From Kiritimatiellia bacterium (GTDB lineage Bacteria > Verrucomicrobiota > Kiritimatiellia > JAAZAB01), in contig JAXGPF010000003.1 in NCBI GenBank assembly GCA_040767085.1, positions 256,001 through 320,000 of the forward strand: a stretch of DNA of 64,000 nt, in the 5' to 3' direction. How positions within the stretch are numbered: position 1 is the stretch's first letter; every line of letters begins with the position of its first letter. Of this stretch, positions 1-10,326 are shown piece after piece. The notes below the pieces were generated by a model. The model was not told the DNA's origin. It was given only the letters and a program-made list of their open reading frames with translations, and did not search any database. Made by a program: the position numbers and the translations under genes.

Positions 1-509
1 TGCTCCATGCACTCCCGGCCGATGCAGGCCTGGGTGTGGAAGCAATCGAAAAACAATCCGTCCACCTTGTACCATTCAACGACTTCCTTGACCATGCCGG
101 TCACATGTTCCGCATACCCGGTGTTGTAGCACATCTGCCGGCAGAACGAATTGTTGAAATTTTCGTCATACATCCGGCCATCGGCCCGGAGAACGGTCCA
201 ATCGCGCCGGCGGTAAGCTTCCTCATGGCTTAAGCCCACGTTGATGTAGGCCGAGATGGCAATCCCCCGGGCATGGCAGGCCTTGACCAGGTCGCCGAAC
301 AGATCGCGTTGCAGGGCTGGATGCGGAATCCCCAGCCTGGTGGGGTAATAGGCCGTGCCCAGGTTGCAGCGCGCGGGGAAAACGACAAAATCCGCGCCGC
401 ACTCCTGGAACCAGCCGGTGATGGCTTCCATGTCGAATTTTTTGCCCACATCCGGGTTGGCCGGCATGGTGTGGAAGTCGAAAAACAGCGCGCGCTTCGG
501 TTGGTGCAT
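1..509 (-). CDS. GH151/GHL6-like glycoside hydrolase (putative alpha-L-fucosidase), 5' part; runs off the window edge
   Basis: Not in the ORF track. Translated by hand from ATG at 509 (GGAG upstream): MHQPKRALFFDFHTMPANPDVGKKFD...FPARCNLGTAYYPTRLGIPHPAL..DLFGDLVKACHARGI...CYNTGY...VDGLFFD. The DFHT, YYPT and DGLFFD motifs are typical of GHL6/GH151. Confidence 0.75.
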   Translation of the reverse strand, partial: MHQPKRALFFDFHTMPANPDVGKKFDMEAITGWFQECGADFVVFPARCNLGTAYYPTRLGIPHPALQRDLFGDLVKACHARGIAISAYINVGLSHEEAYRRRDWTVLRADGRMYDENFNNSFCRQMCYNTGYAEHVTGMVKEVVEWYKVDGLFFDCFHTQACIGRECME

Positions 510-977
510 AAATTACTCCATGTATCGGCTATTTGCCTCGTCCAGACATCCCCAAGGCGGGCGCAAGCCCGCAGCCAAAATCGAAATCCAGGCAACGATC
601 CCGATTTCGATCATCACTTGCTAACACGCGGGAAACTAGCATGCCTCTGGACGGGAGGCAATGGACGGAATTGACTAAGTTGTGTGTAATATTAGCCTGG
701 AGCCAGAGCAGCTTGCGGCGTCCGGCAAACCCCGGCCGCTCTTCCGGCACGCTCGAGCATGTCTTTGGTAGCCCAGAACGCCTGGGCGCCTTAACACATG
801 ATGCCGCCGATTCATGACAATTCGGTATTGCGTAAAATGACTTCATCCGCCTGCAATATCATTCCCAATGCCGGCTGATCGGCCGCTCCCAGCCGGCGCG
901 CCGCATCCGGCGTCAACGCCGTGATCGCTCCGCCATGCACATGCAACTGTCCGCCCAACAAAAGTTATGCTTTAATA

Positions 978-1011
978 TTGACCTACAAACGGAAACAGCT
1001 ATTATAGCCTC
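978..1011 (+). promoter_or_regulatory. sigma70-type promoter of the TA operon with an overlapping near-palindrome (candidate operator)
   Basis: TTGACC (978-983), 16-nt spacer, TATTAT (1000-1005), 6 nt before the ATG at 1012. Near-palindrome GCTATTATAGC overlaps the -10 box. Confidence 0.5.
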
Positions 1012-1317
1012 ATGTATAAAGCCAATATAACTCAAGCGAAAAACGCATTCAGCCAGTTGCTGGACCGAGTGAGGCATGGACAGACCATTATCATTATGGA
1101 TCGCCAATGTCCCGTTGCCCGCCTGACGCCCATCGTGAATGGCAACGCATCCCAAGCCTCTGTCGGACGGGTACAACGACTGGAACGCGCCGGGTGGTTA
1201 ATTCCATCCCGTCATGACACATTGCCGAAAAGCATTCTGGCGCATAAACCGCCCTCCACGGAAAACACAGCAAGCGCCGTGCAGGCTTTGCTGGACAACC
1301 GGGCAAATGAACGATGA
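1012..1317 (+). CDS. Phd/YefM-family antitoxin
   Basis: N-terminus NITQAKNAFSQLLDRVRHGQTIIIMDRQCPVARL. Stop overlaps the toxin start (ATGA). Confidence 0.9.
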   Translation: MYKANITQAKNAFSQLLDRVRHGQTIIIMDRQCPVARLTPIVNGNASQASVGRVQRLERAGWLIPSRHDTLPKSILAHKPPSTENTASAVQALLDNRANER

Positions 1318-1745
1318 AATTTTGGGACAGTTCCGCCATATTGCCTTTATTGGTCAACGAAACCACAACTTCAATCATGCTGGGGCTGCTGCGTTCCACC
1401 CAGGCAATGTCGGTGTGGTGGGGCACAACCGTCGAATGCGTTTCCGCGCTGGCGCGTTTGGAACGTGAACATAATCTTTCAACCCGAAATATGCGCCTGG
1501 CTTTGCAAAGGATGGACGAACTGGGAATTTTCTGGCATGAAGTCGCGCCGACGGAAAGGGTGAGGCAAACATCCACCCGCCTCTTGCGGACATACAATTT
1601 GCGCGCGGCGGATGCATTGCAGCTTGCGGCTGCCATTGTTGCCGCCGAGCAAATTCCATCTTCACTCGATTTCATATGCCTGGATCAACGCTTGATCGCG
1701 GCGGCAGACAGAGAGGGATTCCGCATTCTGCCGCGCAATCTTTAA
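1314..1745 (+). CDS. vapC: PIN-domain VapC-family toxin
   Basis: WDSSA, VECVSAL, LRAADALQLAAA, CLDQRL..AA..EGF PIN motifs. Coupled to the antitoxin. Confidence 0.9.
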   Translation: MKFWDSSAILPLLVNETTTSIMLGLLRSTQAMSVWWGTTVECVSALARLEREHNLSTRNMRLALQRMDELGIFWHEVAPTERVRQTSTRLLRTYNLRAADALQLAAAIVAAEQIPSSLDFICLDQRLIAAADREGFRILPRNL

Positions 1746-2112
1746 CCAACTGCACGGCCTTATCCTTGCCATCCAGCGGCGCGTGTTCGCCATGCAGTTA
1801 TTCGCCACTTCACGGACGGATGGTCCGCACAAAAGGGCAGCAGGCTGCTGCCTTCCACTGAAAAATAATATAATTCTATATCAAGGTATTACGTTGTCAC
1901 AGAATTCTGGCTACCGAACACTGAACACTTTTGAAAGAGACTCTGGTTCATGCCTGTACGTGCCGCCCTATGAACAAAATTGACTGTTTTGTGTTTAATA
2001 TTAGCCCGAATGGAAAAACATCCCGGATTCACTTGCATGCATCCACCGGCCTGCTATCATTTGCGCATGGCGTGTAAACGGCTGAAGGCACGCCGGTGTT
2101 TGCGATCAAGCC

Positions 2113-2964
2113 ATGCCCCGCCATATCAACATCGCTTATACGCCGCAATTGACGCTGCTCTATTGCGGCCGGACCCACCTGCAAAGCTGGTGGGAAGCGG
2201 CTAATGTCAAGGTACCCTACTGGCGCCTGTACTGGAACAACCGCGCCGGTGCATGCCTGCGCGCACCGGACGCTGCCGTCGGTTACAATCTCGGGCCGGT
2301 TCATTTCACGGTAGTAGCGCCCAATACCGCGCTGGCTCGGGAACTGACCCGGCCGGTGGAGCACTTTTTCACCCATTTCACAGTTGGCCCGCCTTACGAA
2401 CATATCCATAATTGCGTCTATCGCTGCCCCGCGCCGCCAGTGCTGGTCCAGGCCATGCGGCGCGATTACACCACCACCCATATTGACACCCCAACGGAAG
2501 ACCGACCGCGGCGCTCCGCCACGGCCATGACCCTGTGCTGGTTCGCCCTGTCCGCGCTGCCGCCCCGCCTGCTGCCGCCGGAGTCAACCGATGCGCGGCT
2601 GAACAAACTTTTGCAATGGTGGGAATGCCGGCAATGGCAGTCGCTGCCCAACCGCGAACTGGCGGCGCAGGTCGCCATGCATCCCACCGCCTTCTGCCGC
2701 TATTTCCACCGTGTGCTGGGGATGCCGCCGCATACCTTCGGCCTGGTCAAACGGATCGAACGCGCCTGCCTGTTGCTGCACTTTTCCGACCTCACCATTG
2801 CCCAAATCGCGGAGGCCGCGGGGTTTTGCGACCGGTACTATTTTTCACGTCAATTCCGCCAAATGCGCGGGCTCAGCCCGGCAACATTCCGGCGCCAGGC
2901 TAACCCCACCGGGATGCTTGAGACACACATAACGCTACCCCGGCGGCCAGAGGAGACAGTATGA
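2113..2964 (+). CDS. AraC-family transcriptional regulator
   Basis: C-terminal double HTH (IAEAAGFCDRYYFSRQFRQMRGLSP). Candidate promoter TTGCAT-N16-TATCAT at 2033-2060. Confidence 0.9.
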   Translation: MPRHINIAYTPQLTLLYCGRTHLQSWWEAANVKVPYWRLYWNNRAGACLRAPDAAVGYNLGPVHFTVVAPNTALARELTRPVEHFFTHFTVGPPYEHIHNCVYRCPAPPVLVQAMRRDYTTTHIDTPTEDRPRRSATAMTLCWFALSALPPRLLPPESTDARLNKLLQWWECRQWQSLPNRELAAQVAMHPTAFCRYFHRVLGMPPHTFGLVKRIERACLLLHFSDLTIAQIAEAAGFCDRYYFSRQFRQMRGLSPATFRRQANPTGMLETHITLPRRPEETV

Positions 2965-3977
2965 GCCAACAAATCGCCCGTGACGCCATCAACCTGAAAC
3001 CCACCCCGCGCCTGGCCCACACCGAATATTCGCTGGCCCTGCACAAGACCTACGCCGCCAAGTTCATGCCGCAGTCCATCCTGGACGCCTGGGAAATTGA
3101 CTTCCCGTTCACCACTAACGGCGGGCCCATCCGGTGGCAGGATGTCGGCCGCACCACCGATATGGGCCATGCCGGCTACGCCGTGGACAGCAGCGACTTC
3201 CGCCCGGTGGGCGAATGCCCGTTCACCGATGTGGAAGAGATTTACGAATTCGATCCGGCGCGCGACTACGGCCTGCCCGGACACCGCGAACTGGTCAAAT
3301 ATTACGAGCAGGTCCACCAGTCCCACATGGCGGAACACCCCAACCAACTCTGGTCGGGCGGCTATTACCCCACCGTGATCTCCGGCGCCATCCAGGCGTT
3401 CGGCTGGGACATGCTGCTGCTGGCCGCCGCCGACCAGGCGCGTTTCGCCGAAGTCCTGCGCCGGTTCGGCCGTTATACGGAACATTACGTCGCCGCCTGG
3501 GCGGAGACTTCCATCGAGGTTTTCATCCAGCACGACGACATGGTCTGGAGCGACGGCCCTTTCATCCACCCGGACTTTTACCGCGGCGTAATCTTCCCGC
3601 TCTACCGGAACATGTGGGCGCCCCTCAAAAAAGCCGGGAAAAAAATCATGTTCTGCGCCGACGGCACCTACGACATGTTCATGGAGGACATCCTCGATTG
3701 CGGCGCCGACGGCTTGATTTTCGAGCCGTCCAACGATTTTGCCGGCGTGGTTAAGCGCTTCGGGCGCCGCTGCTGCCTGGTCGGCAGCAAGGTGGATTGC
3801 CGCACCCTGGCCACGGGGTCATGGGAACAGGTCCAGCGGGAAATGGACGAAACCCTGGCGCTGTCACGCGATTGCGCGGGGTTGATCTGGGCGGTGGGCA
3901 ACCACCTCGCGCCCAATATCCCCGACGAGATGATGGACCTTTACATCAACTACCTGCGCGCGCATTGGCAGCGCTGA
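2961..3977 (+). CDS. uroporphyrinogen decarboxylase (UroD/MtaA-CmuA)-superfamily protein
   Basis: HDDMVWSDGPFIHPDFYRGVIFP, KKIMFCADG, GKVD-like and VGNHLAPNIP motifs. ATGA overlap with the AraC gene. Confidence 0.8.
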   Translation: MSQQIARDAINLKPTPRLAHTEYSLALHKTYAAKFMPQSILDAWEIDFPFTTNGGPIRWQDVGRTTDMGHAGYAVDSSDFRPVGECPFTDVEEIYEFDPARDYGLPGHRELVKYYEQVHQSHMAEHPNQLWSGGYYPTVISGAIQAFGWDMLLLAAADQARFAEVLRRFGRYTEHYVAAWAETSIEVFIQHDDMVWSDGPFIHPDFYRGVIFPLYRNMWAPLKKAGKKIMFCADGTYDMFMEDILDCGADGLIFEPSNDFAGVVKRFGRRCCLVGSKVDCRTLATGSWEQVQREMDETLALSRDCAGLIWAVGNHLAPNIPDEMMDLYINYLRAHWQR

Positions 3978-3983
3978 CGGCGG

Positions 3984-4793
3984 CTATTTCCGCCCGCGCA
4001 GGATTTTCAGCGCCGCATCCACGCCGGCGTTGCCGTGCACCAGCGCGCAGATGGCGCGCGTCATGCGCACCGGCGTGGCATGGCCGAAGGCATTGCGTCC
4101 CACGGCCACCCCGCTGCCGCCGGCATCCAGCGAATCGCGGATGATCTGCAGCAGCATGCGGTCGTCCGTGAGCTTTTCCCCGCCCGCAATCACCACGGGG
4201 ATCGGGCAGCCGGCCACGACTTTCTCGAACGATTTGGCCGACCCGGTATAAGTCACCTTGACGATATCCGCCCCGAGTTCCGCCGCAATGCGGGCGGCAT
4301 GCCGGACGCTGTCCGGGTCGCTCTCGGACTTGATCTTTTTGCCGCGCGCGTACATCATCGCCAGCAGCGGCATGCCCCACTCCATGCACTGCACCGCCAC
4401 CTGGCCCAGGTCGCGCAGCATGACCGACTCGTTCTCCGCGCCGATATTGATATGAACGCTGACGGCGTCGGCGCCGAATTTCAGGGCGTTTTCCACCGTG
4501 TTCACCAGCACCTTGGCATTGGGATCGGGGCTCCAGACCGTGCTGCCGGAAAGATGCAGGATCAAACCCACATCCTTGCCTTCCCGGCGATGGCCGTGCA
4601 GAGGCAGGCCGATATGCCCCAGGACGGCATTGGCGCCGCCTTCGGCGACGGCATTCACCATATCGCGCATATTCTCAATGCCGGGGATAGGACCGACGGT
4701 CACCCCGTGGTCCATCGGCACAATCACCGTGCGCATGGTGCCGCGGTTGATGATCCGCTCCAATCTGATCAATTTTCCAGGCATGAATCCCAT
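3984..4793 (-). CDS. class I (DhnA-type) aldolase, most similar to 2-amino-3,7-dideoxy-D-threo-hept-6-ulosonate synthase (AroA')
   Basis: [33 protein letters not shown] (Schiff-base Lys), PVVIAGG, GVAVGRN. Start set at ATG 4793 after GGGGAGGA. Confidence 0.8.
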   Translation of the reverse strand: MGFMPGKLIRLERIINRGTMRTVIVPMDHGVTVGPIPGIENMRDMVNAVAEGGANAVLGHIGLPLHGHRREGKDVGLILHLSGSTVWSPDPNAKVLVNTVENALKFGADAVSVHINIGAENESVMLRDLGQVAVQCMEWGMPLLAMMYARGKKIKSESDPDSVRHAARIAAELGADIVKVTYTGSAKSFEKVVAGCPIPVVIAGGEKLTDDRMLLQIIRDSLDAGGSGVAVGRNAFGHATPVRMTRAICALVHGNAGVDAALKILRGRK

Positions 4794-4869
4794 ATGAATT
4801 TCCTCCCCCGGGGCAGTTAATCCTGACGGCGCCATCGGACGCGGCCGGCGGACTGAGCTGCGCGCGGAT

Positions 4870-5313
4870 TTACTTGTTTTTCAGCAAATCCTGCAAATGC
4901 TGGACGTAGGCCGCGGCCCCGCCGCGCCGGTACCCGGTCTGGGCAATCACTTCGCCATCGGCTTTCAGCAAGAGGATGGTGGGGAAGCCGCGCGCTTTAT
5001 ATTGCCTCATCAAAGCTTCGTTCTGTTTTTTTTCAGCCTCGGGCAGTTGCTTGTTGCGCGGGAAATCCGCCATGAACAGCACCAGGTTATCCTTGGCAAA
5101 GTCCTTGAATTCCTGCTGCGAAAAGACTTCTTCGTCCAGCTTGATGCACCAGCCGCACCAATCCGACCCGGTGAAATCCAGCAAAATAGGCCGCTTGAGT
5201 TCAGCCGCCGTTTGCTTGGCTTTTTCAAAGTCCGTGAGCCAGCCTTCCGCCGCCGAAGTCATCCCCGCCAGCATGATTCCCGCCAGGACTGAGACGATCA
5301 TTTTTTTATGCAT
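4870..5313 (-). CDS. exported thioredoxin-family protein
   Basis: Signal peptide, then [10 protein letters not shown] and GFPT (cis-Pro). Promoter TTGACA-N17-CACTAT at 5388-5360. Confidence 0.9.
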   Translation of the reverse strand: MHKKMIVSVLAGIMLAGMTSAAEGWLTDFEKAKQTAAELKRPILLDFTGSDWCGWCIKLDEEVFSQQEFKDFAKDNLVLFMADFPRNKQLPEAEKKQNEALMRQYKARGFPTILLLKADGEVIAQTGYRRGGAAAYVQHLQDLLKNK

Positions 5314-5422
5314 GGTTATTCCCCTTGTTGAAGGTGGCACAATCTACCGCGTCCAGTGCATAGTGACAAACCCCCGCCGGCATGTCAAGCCCGCCTATCC
5401 CGATCTGGGCGCAGTGCAGGGC

Positions 5423-5574
5423 TGTGTCATGCTCGGCGGCTCGCTCCCGCGCCAGGCGGGACAAGCCGGCGGTTTACCCCGCTTTGAGCGGGGTCTCGCC
5501 CTACCCACGACAAATGCTTGTGAAACGGTAGGGCGAGGTCTCCGTACCGAGCCGTCTGTTCCGAGAATGGCGCA
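5423..5574. repeat. REP/REPIN-like palindromic element, copy A
   Basis: 152 bp, colinear with 15177-15328. Inner inverted repeat CTCGCCCTACC (5495-5505) / GGTAGGGCGAG (5527-5537), with a GTAG end. Confidence 0.8.
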
Positions 5575-5634
5575 ATCCGGAATGCCGAACACCGTTCGGC
5601 TACTACAGTGCAGAACTGCGGCGCAAGCCGGATT

Positions 5635-8073
5635 TTACTCGCGGAGGCCGGCACGGATCCCCAGCACGGCGCGCAGGCCGGCTTGATGCGCATAGGGTCC
5701 GGCATCGCCGAACGGCGCAAGGCTGAAAATATCGGCGGGATCCTGCGTCGGCGCGGCCAGCAGATAGCTGAAACGATATTCGTCCGCGCCGGCGGCAATG
5801 GCGTCCAGATCTTTAACTGCATCCGCCGCCGCATCTGCCGCCGCCGGGCCGGCGGCGCCATGCCGCAGCTTGTACAATTGCGTCCAGAGACCGCCCAGCT
5901 CAACTTCCCCGCCGCGCGGCCGGGACAACGCATCCATCCCGCCGGCGCCGGCCAGGTCCGGTAAATGTTGTTGGAGCAAATCTTCCCAGGGAGCGGCGCG
6001 CGGCGCCCAGGCCTCGCGGCCGCCGCCGCCATTGCGGATAATCGCAACCACATCGCGGGACCAGTGCCAGGCGACGGCTATACCCCCGCGCGGATCGTCA
6101 AAAAAGCGCGGCCGCTCGGGCTGCTCCGGCATTGGCGCCATTGCCAAAGTCAGGGCCGCCCCGAGAAAATCACCGAGCAGGGCGTCGCCGCAAGCGGTAT
6201 TGCCGGTTTCATAAGCCAGCGCCAGAAGCAGCATGTAACGGCCGGTCCATTCGTACAAACCTTCCGGGTCGCCCTGTTCCAGGCAAACCGTTCGGGCCGC
6301 CAGCCATTCCTGGAATGCTTTCTCCGCCCAGGCGGGCGCGGCCCTTCCGGAAACTTGCAGGCAGGCGGCGGCAAAATCTTCCGGGCGGCCCGCCGCCGCC
6401 TGGCCGACTCCGTAATACAGGATCATTAACCGGCGCAGACGTTCGGCGTCCCGGACCTGGCCCGCGCGCCAGCGCGCGGCGTCCCATGCCTGCCGCACGC
6501 GCCGCTGGCTTTCCGCTAGACGCAGCAGTTCCGCTTCGGAAAACCGGATAACCTCCGTCTCCAAACGGCGCCGGCCGGCTTCCAATCCCGGCTGGACAAA
6601 TGCCACGCGGATTTTGTCCAACTCGCCGGTTTCATCGCCCGGCAACAACTCGCCAGCCGCGCCGGCAAACACGATTTCCTCCGGATCATCGCCCCATGGC
6701 AGCGGGCGGACCGCCTGCCAGGCCAGCGTCAAACGCACGGCCATTCTGGGCGGCGGCTCCGGTTGGCCTTCCGGCGCCGGCGCGGACGGCCTCAGGGTAC
6801 AGGTCAGCGCGATCCGGGGTTGGGCGGCGGCGCCCGGCGGCGCGGCGGACAGCCAGCCGGCCAAACGCGCCGCGGGCGGCACGGCCGCGGCGCCGCCCGG
6901 AGCCAGCATCGCCGCCAGTTCCCGTTCAAGATCGCGCAGCCGCGCCTTCCGGGAATTTTCCTCCGGCAGGGCGGCGGCGTCCAGGGCCGCCTTGCGCCAG
7001 GCGGCGAACTCCGGGCGGTAAGTCCAGATAAAACCGAAGATGGCCGGCAGGACGGCGGCGTCGAAAACGGCTTGCCGGGCCGCATTCGTGGGCGCGACGC
7101 CGCGCGCCCGCAAATCCTGTTCCACCACCGCCAACATCCGGGTGGAGACGATGGCATCCAAAGCCGCCAACATCGGCCCGGCCGGCTCGCGCCGGGTCCA
7201 CAGCGTGGCGCCAATTTCCGCCAGCAATCCCGGGTGGGAGATATTTTGCAAGGCAAACGTCCAGAGTTGATCGCGGGCGGCAGGGGCGTCGGGCAGCAGC
7301 CGCCGCAATTCGAAGGGCGCCGTGGTAATTGCCAATACCGGCCCTCCCAGCGCCAGGGCCGTCTTGTCCGGGGCATGCGCCAGGCCGGCCCGCTGCATGG
7401 CCGCGGCCAAACGGCTGTGCAAGGCATCATCCGTCGGAGCGGCGGCAGTCAGGACGCCGGGCAATTCCGGATCGGCATTAAACACCAGGGCCGCCAGCGC
7501 CGCTTCCGGCATCCAATCGGGCAAGAGGGCCAGATTGCTTAAGCGGGTGTTGCCCAGGGCGGCCAGGGCGGCTGCGCCGCGCGCCAGGGGGGAATCGGCG
7601 CGGCGGAATTCCTCATGCAATCCCGCATACGCGGCGAAATAATTGTTGTAAAAAAACCAGGCCGCGGCGTTGATGCCATCCGCGGCCGATTCCAGTTCCG
7701 CCCCAGCCAGAAACCGGCCGGCATCCAAATCCTGGTATACCCGGGCCGTCCACCGCCGCGCCTGCGGCCGGCCGGCGCCCAAGGCGCCGCGCACCGCCTG
7801 TTCGTCCACGGCGTAAAGGCCGGCAACGCGCGGCACGCCGGTTTCCAACAGCCGGATTAAAGCGGCTTGCAGGGCCGCATCGCGTTCGGGTTCCATGCTG
7901 AAAACCGGCGGACAGGCGGCGCGTTCCGGCAGCCTGGCCGTGCCGGCGGAATATTCCGCCAGGCGGGTCAACTCCGCCTCTGTCCGCGGGGACTGCGCCA
8001 ACCCATGCAGGGCCAACGCCGTCAGCAGGCAACCAGCCCAGATTTTGCCGTAGTATTGGATGCGCCGGTTCAT
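5635..8073 (-). CDS. large secreted Ala-rich hypothetical protein (~812 aa)
   Basis: Long ORF. Start moved to ATG 8073 (MNRRIQYYGKIWAGCLLTALALHGLAQ, signal-like) to avoid overlapping the upstream AraC gene. No family recognised. Confidence 0.65.
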   Translation of the reverse strand: MNRRIQYYGKIWAGCLLTALALHGLAQSPRTEAELTRLAEYSAGTARLPERAACPPVFSMEPERDAALQAALIRLLETGVPRVAGLYAVDEQAVRGALGAGRPQARRWTARVYQDLDAGRFLAGAELESAADGINAAAWFFYNNYFAAYAGLHEEFRRADSPLARGAAALAALGNTRLSNLALLPDWMPEAALAALVFNADPELPGVLTAAAPTDDALHSRLAAAMQRAGLAHAPDKTALALGGPVLAITTAPFELRRLLPDAPAARDQLWTFALQNISHPGLLAEIGATLWTRREPAGPMLAALDAIVSTRMLAVVEQDLRARGVAPTNAARQAVFDAAVLPAIFGFIWTYRPEFAAWRKAALDAAALPEENSRKARLRDLERELAAMLAPGGAAAVPPAARLAGWLSAAPPGAAAQPRIALTCTLRPSAPAPEGQPEPPPRMAVRLTLAWQAVRPLPWGDDPEEIVFAGAAGELLPGDETGELDKIRVAFVQPGLEAGRRRLETEVIRFSEAELLRLAESQRRVRQAWDAARWRAGQVRDAERLRRLMILYYGVGQAAAGRPEDFAAACLQVSGRAAPAWAEKAFQEWLAARTVCLEQGDPEGLYEWTGRYMLLLALAYETGNTACGDALLGDFLGAALTLAMAPMPEQPERPRFFDDPRGGIAVAWHWSRDVVAIIRNGGGGREAWAPRAAPWEDLLQQHLPDLAGAGGMDALSRPRGGEVELGGLWTQLYKLRHGAAGPAAADAAADAVKDLDAIAAGADEYRFSYLLAAPTQDPADIFSLAPFGDAGPYAHQAGLRAVLGIRAGLRE

Positions 8074-8119
8074 CGGGAAACAATTATGCGCGCGGCCCGA
8101 TTGGAATGCAATAGCGTTT

Positions 8120-9391
8120 TCATTGAGCGGATGCAGGTTCGAGCGCTGGTTCGGCTGTGCGCCGGCGGCATAAATTATCCCGGCGATACCGGGCGGGAGT
8201 AACGCCGGCCACTCGTTTAAACTGCTTGATGAAATAACTCTGATCGCAAAATCCCGTGGCATAGGCGATTTCCGGACAGGATTGATCGGTCTGTTCCAGT
8301 AATTGCATGGCCTGGCGCACCCGCCGCTGAGTCAAGTGCTGCAAAAAAGTCCGGCCGGTGCGTTGCTTCAGGAGGTGGCTGACATGGAACGCGCTCAAAC
8401 CCGCAGCCCGGGCGGCCTCTTCCAGGGACAAGTTGCGCTGGTAATGCCGGTTGATGTAATCCAGCACCCGCAGTAAGGCCGGATGACCGACCCCGCGGCT
8501 GCGGGAATAGATACCCTCCATAAACGCGTCCAAGGCCTGCATCAGGACATGCGCCAGGGTTTCAAAGTCGCGCGCGGCGATTAATTTGCGCATCCACTGG
8601 TGGTTTTGTTCCAGCAGCGGCTCCATCTGCGCGTTATCTTCCACCGCCGCCCGCGTCAGATATCCCATCATTTCAATGGCCCGCGCGCGCAGCACCACCA
8701 GCTTGGGCGAGGAAAGAAACATCACGCCCAGCGTCTCGTTCAACACCCGGCGCGCGCCGTTGCGGTCGCCGGCTTTAATCAACGACAGCAACAGGCGTTC
8801 CTTTTCCACCGGGTAATGCGCCGGCGCGTCCGCCCCGCGCTTGCGCTGCTCATCCATGGCCTCGGCAATCTGGCGCTGCTGCATGGCTTTCCGGCGATTC
8901 TCATCCAACAACTCCGGCTGCCAGCCGCTGATCTGGTAGAAGGCGGCCGAAAGCGCCCAGGCCGCCTCGCGAATGCGCGCCGCCGGCCAGGGCCGCAGCC
9001 GCGCCAGGTAACGCCGGGCAGCCTCCGCCGGCACGCCCTGGCGCCGCAGATCCCGCAACGCTTCCTCGTCCGCGCCGGCATACGCCAGCACTTCGCCGCC
9101 CACAATCCCGCCCGCCAGTTCCCGCCGGTTCACCAACCCCACAATCCAGCTGATAATGCCGCCCGTGCGGTAAAAGACGTACGGCTCGCCCCAATGCAGC
9201 GCTTCCTGGAGGCAACAGGCCAGGGCCTCATGATACGGCGGCAACCCCGGCAATTGCCCGGCCGACCGCCCCGGCAACAACGGCCGCCCATCCACACCCA
9301 CCGGCACGGCATGCAGCCGGAAGGTGCGATAATAATCCCGGCACACCGCCAGCAAAACGCGGCGCGCAGGACCAGGAACTGGTTTTTTCAC
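8120..9391 (-). CDS. AraC-family regulator with a PocR-like N-terminal sensor
   Basis: N-terminal EALHWGEPYVFY..GGIISWIVGL...GGIVGGEV. C-terminal HTH IAYATGFCDQSYFIKQFKRVAGVTP. Divergent from the corrinoid gene. Confidence 0.85.
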   Translation of the reverse strand: MKKPVPGPARRVLLAVCRDYYRTFRLHAVPVGVDGRPLLPGRSAGQLPGLPPYHEALACCLQEALHWGEPYVFYRTGGIISWIVGLVNRRELAGGIVGGEVLAYAGADEEALRDLRRQGVPAEAARRYLARLRPWPAARIREAAWALSAAFYQISGWQPELLDENRRKAMQQRQIAEAMDEQRKRGADAPAHYPVEKERLLLSLIKAGDRNGARRVLNETLGVMFLSSPKLVVLRARAIEMMGYLTRAAVEDNAQMEPLLEQNHQWMRKLIAARDFETLAHVLMQALDAFMEGIYSRSRGVGHPALLRVLDYINRHYQRNLSLEEAARAAGLSAFHVSHLLKQRTGRTFLQHLTQRRVRQAMQLLEQTDQSCPEIAYATGFCDQSYFIKQFKRVAGVTPARYRRDNLCRRRTAEPALEPASAQ

Positions 9392-9617
9392 AATTCACCT
9401 CTGAAAACAGCAAGATTATTATAAAAAAAACTGTTTTTGTCTATACCTAAAACGCCGGATACGGTTTAATTCCGGCCAGTTTAAACGGTCGCCAGGTCAG
9501 CGGGCTGGGACACAACCGCCCGGTGAGGGCGGTGGGTTAACGCAGCATTATTATGCAGGATAAGCGCCGGCATGCGGCACACGGCTTAAACCAGCCGGCA
9601 AAAAGAAAGGACAGTCC

Positions 9618-10256
9618 ATGAGCGGAATCTTGGAACAAATCACGGAAAACCTGATCAAGGGCAAGGCCAATGATGTCAAGGCGCTGGTGCAAAAGGCGTT
9701 GGACGACAAAGTCAACCCCGCCGATATCTTGAACAAGGGTTTGCTGGCGGGCATGGGCGTGATTGGCGAGCGCTTTAAAAACAACGAAGTTTACGTGCCG
9801 GAAGTGTTGATCGCAGCGCGCGCGATGAAGGCGGGCATGGAAATTCTGAAACCCATGCTGGCGTCGGCGGGTGTTGAGCCGCTGGGGACGGTGGTCGTGG
9901 GCACGGTGAAGGGCGACCTGCACGACATCGGCAAGAACCTGGTTTGCATGATGCTGGAAGGCGCCGGGTTCCGCGTCGTGGACGCCGGCATTAACGTCGA
10001 GCCGGCCAAAATGGTCGAACTGGCCAAGGAAAACAAGGCCGCCGTCATCGGCGCTTCCGCGCTGCTGACCACCACGATGGTGAACATGAAAAACGTCGTG
10101 GAAAGCGTCAAGTCCGCCGGACTGGCCGGCAAGGTCAAGGTCATGATCGGCGGCGCGCCGGTGACCCAGGCGTTTGCCGATGAGATCGGAGCGGACGGCT
10201 ACGCTCCGGACGCCGCCTCGGCCGCCGATCTGGCCAAGGCGCTGCTCAAGAAATAA
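9618..10256 (+). CDS. cobalamin-binding corrinoid protein of a methyltransferase system
   Basis: GTVKGDLHDIGKNLV (DxHxxG), YVPEV cap, SALLTTT, IGGAPV motifs. AAGGA RBS. Confidence 0.95.
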   Translation: MSGILEQITENLIKGKANDVKALVQKALDDKVNPADILNKGLLAGMGVIGERFKNNEVYVPEVLIAARAMKAGMEILKPMLASAGVEPLGTVVVGTVKGDLHDIGKNLVCMMLEGAGFRVVDAGINVEPAKMVELAKENKAAVIGASALLTTTMVNMKNVVESVKSAGLAGKVKVMIGGAPVTQAFADEIGADGYAPDAASAADLAKALLKK

Positions 10257-10277
10257 CTCGCCGCATTACGATAAAAC

Positions 10278-10326
10278 ACAGGGCGTCCCGGCAGCCGTTG
10301 ACGGCTGCCGGGCGCCCTGTTTTTTT
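10278..10326 (+). terminator. intrinsic terminator, probably bidirectional
   Basis: ACAGGGCG(T)CCCGGCAGCCG / CGGCTGCCGGGCGCCCTGT stem followed by a T run, between convergent genes. Confidence 0.75.

Noticed and set aside
9392-9617. Cobalamin riboswitch upstream of the corrinoid gene
   Set aside because: No B12-box or GCCACTG/GGGAAG core is visible. The AT-rich stretch looks more like a regulator-binding and promoter region.
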